This document shows, in pieces, positions 60,001-64,000 of a stretch of 64,000 nucleotides of DNA. The DNA comes from Octopus bimaculoides (Eukaryota), in contig NC_068991.1 of assembly GCF_001194135.2 (NCBI RefSeq), positions 41,091,382 through 41,155,381 of the forward strand, given 5' to 3'. The notes below the pieces were generated by a model. It was given only the letters and a program-made list of their open reading frames with translations. It was not told where the DNA came from and made no database searches. Made by a program: the position numbers and the translations under genes. Within the stretch, counting starts at the first letter, position 1. Each line of letters begins with the position of its first letter.

Positions 60001-63000
60001 AGAAGATAACCTCTTTATTATAAAGGGGACAGATATATTAAGAGTAAAGAAAAATAACACTTGAAACAGGAATGCTCAAAATGAATTATAACTTATATGT
60101 ATGCATGTATGTGCATATATAGAGTGAACAAATGAAAGAAAGTCACTGTCAACACATTTGGTTGAAGTTACATGTATTTAATAACAGTTTGACTCAGCTC
60201 CCCATTACTTAAAGTTTCATATGTACTACATAAGGAGTTCAAAAGGAATGAAGAACCATTGCATGAAAACAGGCTGTAGTGAGAGACAGCAATGCAAAAC
60301 AAAATCAAGAAGAACCCCACAGTATTCGAATATCTAACTGCACCTTTTTACAGTGAATACAAAAAAAGAATAACTCAGAGCTAACAATATTCAAGTATCT
60401 TTTTGTGTTTCTACAGAATAATTTGAAAAGCAAGCATATTTACCATAATTATCGATGAAAGGTGCCAAGGGGAGGTTATGACCAAAAGCAGAAACAAGCA
60501 AACCAGCACCAGATGAACAAAACCAATTGAACAAAAAACAAAGAATATTGAAAGAAAAGAACTTAAAGCAGCTACAACACAAACAAATGAAATTATCCAA
60601 TCTTTTTGACAAAGTAAAATAGAATATTTGGACTCATTTACTATTTAATCTGAAATTCACAACCTAAACACTGTTTAAGTGAGAATTTAATTTTAAATAA
60701 AAGTTAATACTTAATATATTCTATAAAAACAATTCAACTAGATAAGTCATAAACAAAAGTATCATACCTAATTCTTTCTCTTTTTCTAAAACAGCAAAAG
60801 ATAGATTTGGATGTCGAAGAATCAACTCTCTTGCTGTTGCCAGACCAATAATTCCACCTCCTACTATAACGATATCATATTCTTTTTTGGGACTGTAAAA
60901 TAAAATAAAATAAAATTAAAAGAATCATTTTCTTAGAAATAAAATATCAAAATGGCAATGAAGGTGGAATTAAAGAGTATTGAAAGAGGAATACTAAATG
61001 AATATAGGAAATATAATAATATAGGAAGAAAAAAAAAATAATGATAATAATCCCTTCTACTATAGGCACAAAGCCTGAATTTTGTGGGGAGCGGGACAGT
61101 CAATCACATCGACTCCAGTACTCAACTGGTACTTAAGTTTTCGACCCCGAAAGGATGAAAGGCAAAATCAACCTTGGTGGAATTTGAACTCAGAATATAG
61201 CAGTAGACAAAATACCACTAAGCATTCCATCCATTATGTTAACAATTCTGCCAGTTCACTGCCTTAATAATAATAATAAATGCCCTGATGCAGTACCAGG
61301 TGGTGGCTCTCATGGCTTTTGATCTTAACTGATTGGAAGTGTTATCATGTCCATTGTTTTGTCTTGATATAAAAGGTGGGCTACAACAAATATTCTGCTC
61401 AATACCACAGATTTGCTTGTTAGTTGTTTGACCATAACCAGTTGAGCATGTACATCTCTGATCATGAGCAGAAGTAGTGGGGGAGCATCATAGCCATGTG
61501 TTGAGAGGAATTCTTTGGGGTTTGAATAATTCATGTCTGAAAACATGAGTGTGTCATTCATCATCCTTAAACAAACCTTATTCAAGGACCTTTTGAATGG
61601 GATGGGTTACTCAACCTGAAGAAAATTCTAACTGGGCCCCATCTACAAGATCATGCACTGTTTATCTTGATATAAGATCCCCGTGTCATACACATATGGT
61701 TGTGATGTATTTGCCTGGTGTACCCTTATCGGACAGGTAGTCATGATGGGTATATTGGGCTTTGTATATTTGTACCCCAGTGTCACTTTGATGGCATGTG
61801 CTGCTTTCTCACTCAATAATAATAATAATAATAATCAACATCAACATCATTATTTAATGCCTGTTTTCCATGCTGATATTGGTTGGATGGTTTAACTGGA
61901 GCAGGCAAGTAGGAGAGTGGGACCAGTTTCCAGTCTGATTTGGCTTGGTTTCTATGGCTGAATGCCCTTCCTAATGCTAACCACATCACAGAGTGTGCTG
62001 GGTGCTTTTTGCATGGCACCAGCACAAGTACTTTTATGTGGTGCAGGCAGGAGTGCTATTATGTGATGCCAGCATGAGAGTTTTTTACGTGGTGCTAGCA
62101 CAGGTGCTTTTATATGGTATCAGCACAGGGCTCTTGCTGGCCAATCCTTTTAAGTAGTGGGAGTGGCATTAATAGTTCTGCTGTGGAGGGCAGGTCTTCT
62201 TGAGTACAGGATAGGTCTTCTTCAGTATGTTGTATGTTGTAACAATTAATAGTTAGTCAGAGTATGAACCGCTTTTCTATGTGGTATATATAGTTAGTGC
62301 ATCAAAGCCACTTAAAAAATGGTGTCAATTTTTGTATTTAATTTACTGTTTTACATTTATATTTCCTGATTTTTTTTTTTTGCTGCTGCTGTTGATGCAA
62401 TTTGTTTTACACCAAATGTTCTTACTATTGATAACCACTCAAGTACTGAAGTAGAACTCCGTTTTGTTTATTTTATAATAATTTGGTTACTACCATCTGA
62501 AACAAAGAGGTACACAAAAAAGGTGAGGCATTATCTCAGGTTTGACATGACATACTGATTGATTTGACCAAGCCCAACTTCATCATCCATCTTCACAGAG
62601 GTCTGAGCCAAAGTGATGAGGGAATGAACCAGAAGACAACTCTTATTTTCCAGTACACAAAGCCCTTAAACACCATAGTCATATCCCTCTGCTACTTATT
62701 GCAATCCACAGCTACTTCACATAACAAGCAGAATGCTTGTTATGTGAAACTAGCAAGAGGTTTTAAGGTTCTGATATTATCTAATTTCTTTGTCTCTTAC
62801 AAAACATTTGAGATCTGGTGCTATTACTATATTACCACAGTGCCCAGTAGGATCCTACTTGGATATAGAAAATTGCAATAAATCAATACCAGCGTTTGGA
62901 ACTAAGACTCCAGGGGGACCCATGTCAAATGAAAAAGGGGAAAGGAGAAGACAAATTACCATGTTTTATAAAATTAAGATGGTTTTAAATATTTTCAATT

Positions 63001-64000
63001 TGTTCAAAACTATGACGAAGAAAAAAGAATTGCATGATAAAAAGAACGTTGAAAAGAAAACAAGAGTTTGCTTTATAAAGGGGGATCACTCTCGCCACAC
63101 TTAGTGACCTAACGTGTGGAGGACCGATAATAGTTTCTGGGGACCAGTGGGCTTAGCAAGTATTCGAACAGTCCTACCCTAAATGTGAGATATTTCTCTT
63201 CTCGGCATACATAATGGGGTTGGGGGACCCCCCCCCCAACTTTTTGTTCGTAGATTAGCATGCAGACAGATGTGAATTTTAGAGATACAGGTCGAAGTAC
63301 GTTAGAACATGGTTACATAATTTATAACAGTTAAATTGGTGGCTTTGTTAAAATTAGGTACAGAAATTCAGTTAAAAAAATGTATTTATGAATAATTTTT
63401 ATAATTCAATATTGAAAACAAAAATAAAATGTACTATAAAACTAGATATTTTACATAACGCTTGAATACGAATTCCAGTTATCGTGAGCTCAGCAGAAAG
63501 CTGTTCTAGTCATTTTATATATTTTTAATTACTTTAACAATAAGGAGCAAAAATAGATATTTAGAAAATGGGAGTTACGATTATGACCATAAAAAATTGA
63601 AAGCATGAGTATTCCAAAATAGCGCATTCTATGTCAACGAAGGTGGAGCAAAAGGACGGCGAAACCTAGACACTGCTATATAAAACTGAATCAATAAAAT
63701 ATAACTTGGTGATATTCAAAGGTTTAGTCAAATATTTCAAAATCAGAATAAGAAAATTATAGTTCTTGAAGAAAACTATATTTATACAAACAACTACACG
63801 TCGGTTTTTACAAAGTAATGTGTGGTTTACAGTTAAGGTAACTTGGATGTTATCGGAGTGGGCAATGCGATGAATACACACTTACTTTGTATGCTCTGCA
63901 GAACAAACTTCGTTGTATTGACGAGGAAAAACCCATTTAAAACCAGAATGAACGGTGAGACCCACTCTGGCATTGAGCAATGTTTTACTTATTACAGTCG
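43871..64000 (-). CDS. L2HGDH: L-2-hydroxyglutarate dehydrogenase, mitochondrial; 9 coding exons, 5' end runs off the window
   Basis: Hand-joined exons give one frame of at least 452 aa. It has FAD-binding [52 protein letters not shown] and [16 protein letters not shown] motifs. All phases match. Confidence 0.96.
45135..45200. repeat. (TA)n microsatellite
   Basis: Direct reading. Confidence 0.95.
45340..46334 (+). mobile_element. 5'-truncated degraded RTE-like LINE with modular 3'UTR and (GAT)n tail
   Basis: VVNNFCY...[23 protein letters not shown] (late RT region) then [11 protein letters not shown]-like DNA; tail at 46320-46334. Confidence 0.82.
46420..46860 (+). mobile_element. Older RTE-like C-terminal fragment(s)
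   Basis: Diverged similarity to 45590-45830, with the GGAACTTGTGGAA module present twice. Confidence 0.55.
48405..48536 (-). CDS. L2HGDH: L2HGDH exon 8 ([10 protein letters not shown]...[13 protein letters not shown])
   Basis: CAG acceptor, AG|GTAAGA donor, 132 nt, phase 2-2. Confidence 0.94.
48564..48783. mobile_element. piggyBac-like MITE, opposite orientation to 15530-15749
   Basis: TTAA|CCCTTTAGCATT start, AAAGGG|CTAA end. Confidence 0.75.
49325..49482 (-). CDS. L2HGDH: L2HGDH exon 7 ([16 protein letters not shown]...LGPNAV...ALSY)
   Basis: Family motifs; CAG acceptor, AG|GTAAGA donor, 158 nt. Confidence 0.96.
51141..51187. repeat. (CA)n microsatellite
   Basis: Direct reading. Confidence 0.95.
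52026..52193 (-). CDS. L2HGDH: L2HGDH exon 6 ([19 protein letters not shown]...RGNIYP)
   Basis: Within ORF-track 51927..52205; IVPFRGDY motif; 168 nt. Confidence 0.96.
53213..53395 (-). CDS. L2HGDH: L2HGDH exon 5 ([15 protein letters not shown]...[11 protein letters not shown])
   Basis: SPHTGIVD motif; TAG acceptor, AG|GTAATT donor, 183 nt. Confidence 0.94.
53953..54006. repeat. (GT)n microsatellite running into an N-gap
   Basis: Direct reading. Confidence 0.95.
54090..54312. mobile_element. mariner-type MITE
   Basis: Imperfect TIRs GAGGTAATGCTGAAAAGTTCCAAGCTTT / AAAGCCAGGAACTTTTCAGCACCCCCT, flanked by TA in a (TA)n tract; no coding capacity. Confidence 0.72.
54968..55524 (+). mobile_element. 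RTE-like LINE 3'UTR copy, same subfamily as 38966-39560
   Basis: Reverse complement of the 3'UTR modules in 38966-39560; (GAT)n tail. Confidence 0.8.
55945..56178. repeat. Putative interspersed repeat of unknown family
   Basis: Abruptly GC/CpG-richer 230-bp block in an AT-rich intron; single copy here, so the family is unverified. Confidence 0.3.
56265..57055 (-). mobile_element. Two head-to-tail full-length SINE family A copies
   Basis: 56265-56670 and 56680-57055 each show a tRNA-like head, GGGCAAGTGTCTTCTACTA core, central (CA)n and ...AAACAAGTAAAAGA tail. Confidence 0.82.
57968..58190 (+). mobile_element. tRNA-derived CORE-like SINE
   Basis: A-box-like TGGCCTACTGG, B-box-like GCTTCAATTCC, and core CCCACTCAGCTGTAAATGAGTA. 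Confidence 0.55.
58284..58415 (-). CDS. L2HGDH: L2HGDH exon 4 ([10 protein letters not shown]...IEPNCV)
   Basis: CAG acceptor, GTAAGT donor, 132 nt, phase 0-0. Confidence 0.95.
59271..59422 (-). CDS. L2HGDH: L2HGDH exon 3 ([18 protein letters not shown]...YKECGK)
   Basis: Family motif; TAG acceptor, AG|GTAAGT donor, 152 nt. Confidence 0.96.
60768..60892 (-). CDS. L2HGDH: L2HGDH exon 2 ([23 protein letters not shown]...EKEKEL)
   Basis: Rossmann GxGxxG motif; CAG acceptor, G|GTATGA donor. Confidence 0.96.
61062..61265 (-). mobile_element. SINE family B
   Basis: Reverse complement of the family B consensus seen elsewhere in the window. Confidence 0.75.
61276..61835. repeat. Putative retroposon bounded by (AAT)n tracts
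   Basis: About 550-bp higher-GC block between (AAT)n at 61267-61279 and 61815-61833; single copy here. Confidence 0.4.
61845..62230 (-). mobile_element. RTE-like 3' tail copy with about 30-bp sub-repeat array
   Basis: TTTCCATGCTG...ATGCCCTTCCTAATG followed by five degenerate TTTT(A/G)YRTGG...GCA units. Confidence 0.65.
63886..64000 (-). CDS. L2HGDH: L2HGDH exon 1 (partial; ...[27 protein letters not shown]...EHT), presequence-like
   Basis: AA|GTAAGT donor at 63885 gives the phase 2 needed by exon 2. The frame is open to the window edge and CpG-rich. The ATG is not visible. Confidence 0.65.

Noticed and set aside
62846-62859. Perfect 14-bp palindrome AGTAGGATCCTACT in L2HGDH intron 1
   Set aside because: The flanks are not symmetric and there is no second copy; an isolated palindrome of this size is weak evidence on its own.
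63886-63973. In-window ATG at 63973 as the L2HGDH start (MPEWVSPF...)
   Set aside because: It reaches the donor in phase 1, whereas exon 2 needs phase 2. The correct frame stays open to the window edge.
1-64000. CRISPR arrays, operons, rRNA, snoRNA or U12-type introns
   Set aside because: This is eukaryotic intron-rich DNA. I saw no repeat-spacer arrays, no rRNA-like blocks, no RTATCCTT donors, and no well-spaced C/D box pairs with terminal stems.

Overview
AT-rich, microsatellite- and repeat-laden animal genomic DNA. The repeat families, (CA)n/(TA)n tracts and intron style suggest an octopus or other coleoid cephalopod draft assembly; this is inference. There are seven N-gaps. Two intron-rich nuclear genes for mitochondrial proteins lie tail-to-tail. 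On the + strand is MTIF2 (mitochondrial translation initiation factor 2): 16 coding exons, 11564-41882, 2097 nt = 698 aa, all splice phases checked by hand, one GC-AG intron, and an upstream non-coding exon implied. On the - strand is L2HGDH (L-2-hydroxyglutarate dehydrogenase): 9 coding exons, 43871 to beyond 64000, at least 452 aa, start codon just outside the window. The rest is transposon debris: two head-to-tail Tx1/L1-like LINE fragments, many 5'-truncated RTE-like LINE copies with (GAT)n tails, several tRNA-derived SINE families, two dead Tc1 copies with DD36E spacing, a DD34E Tc1 relic, a mariner MITE, TTAA piggyBac-like MITEs and two fold-back elements with TTAGGG hairpin centres. I found no convincing novel multi-gene system. 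The best leads are a perfect 44-bp inverted-repeat pair bracketing frame-symmetric MTIF2 exon 15 (dsRNA editing, circRNA or skipping candidate), the DD36E Tc1 family, the telomeric-repeat fold-backs near the inferred MTIF2 promoter, and a remodelled IF1-mimic insert in mtIF2.
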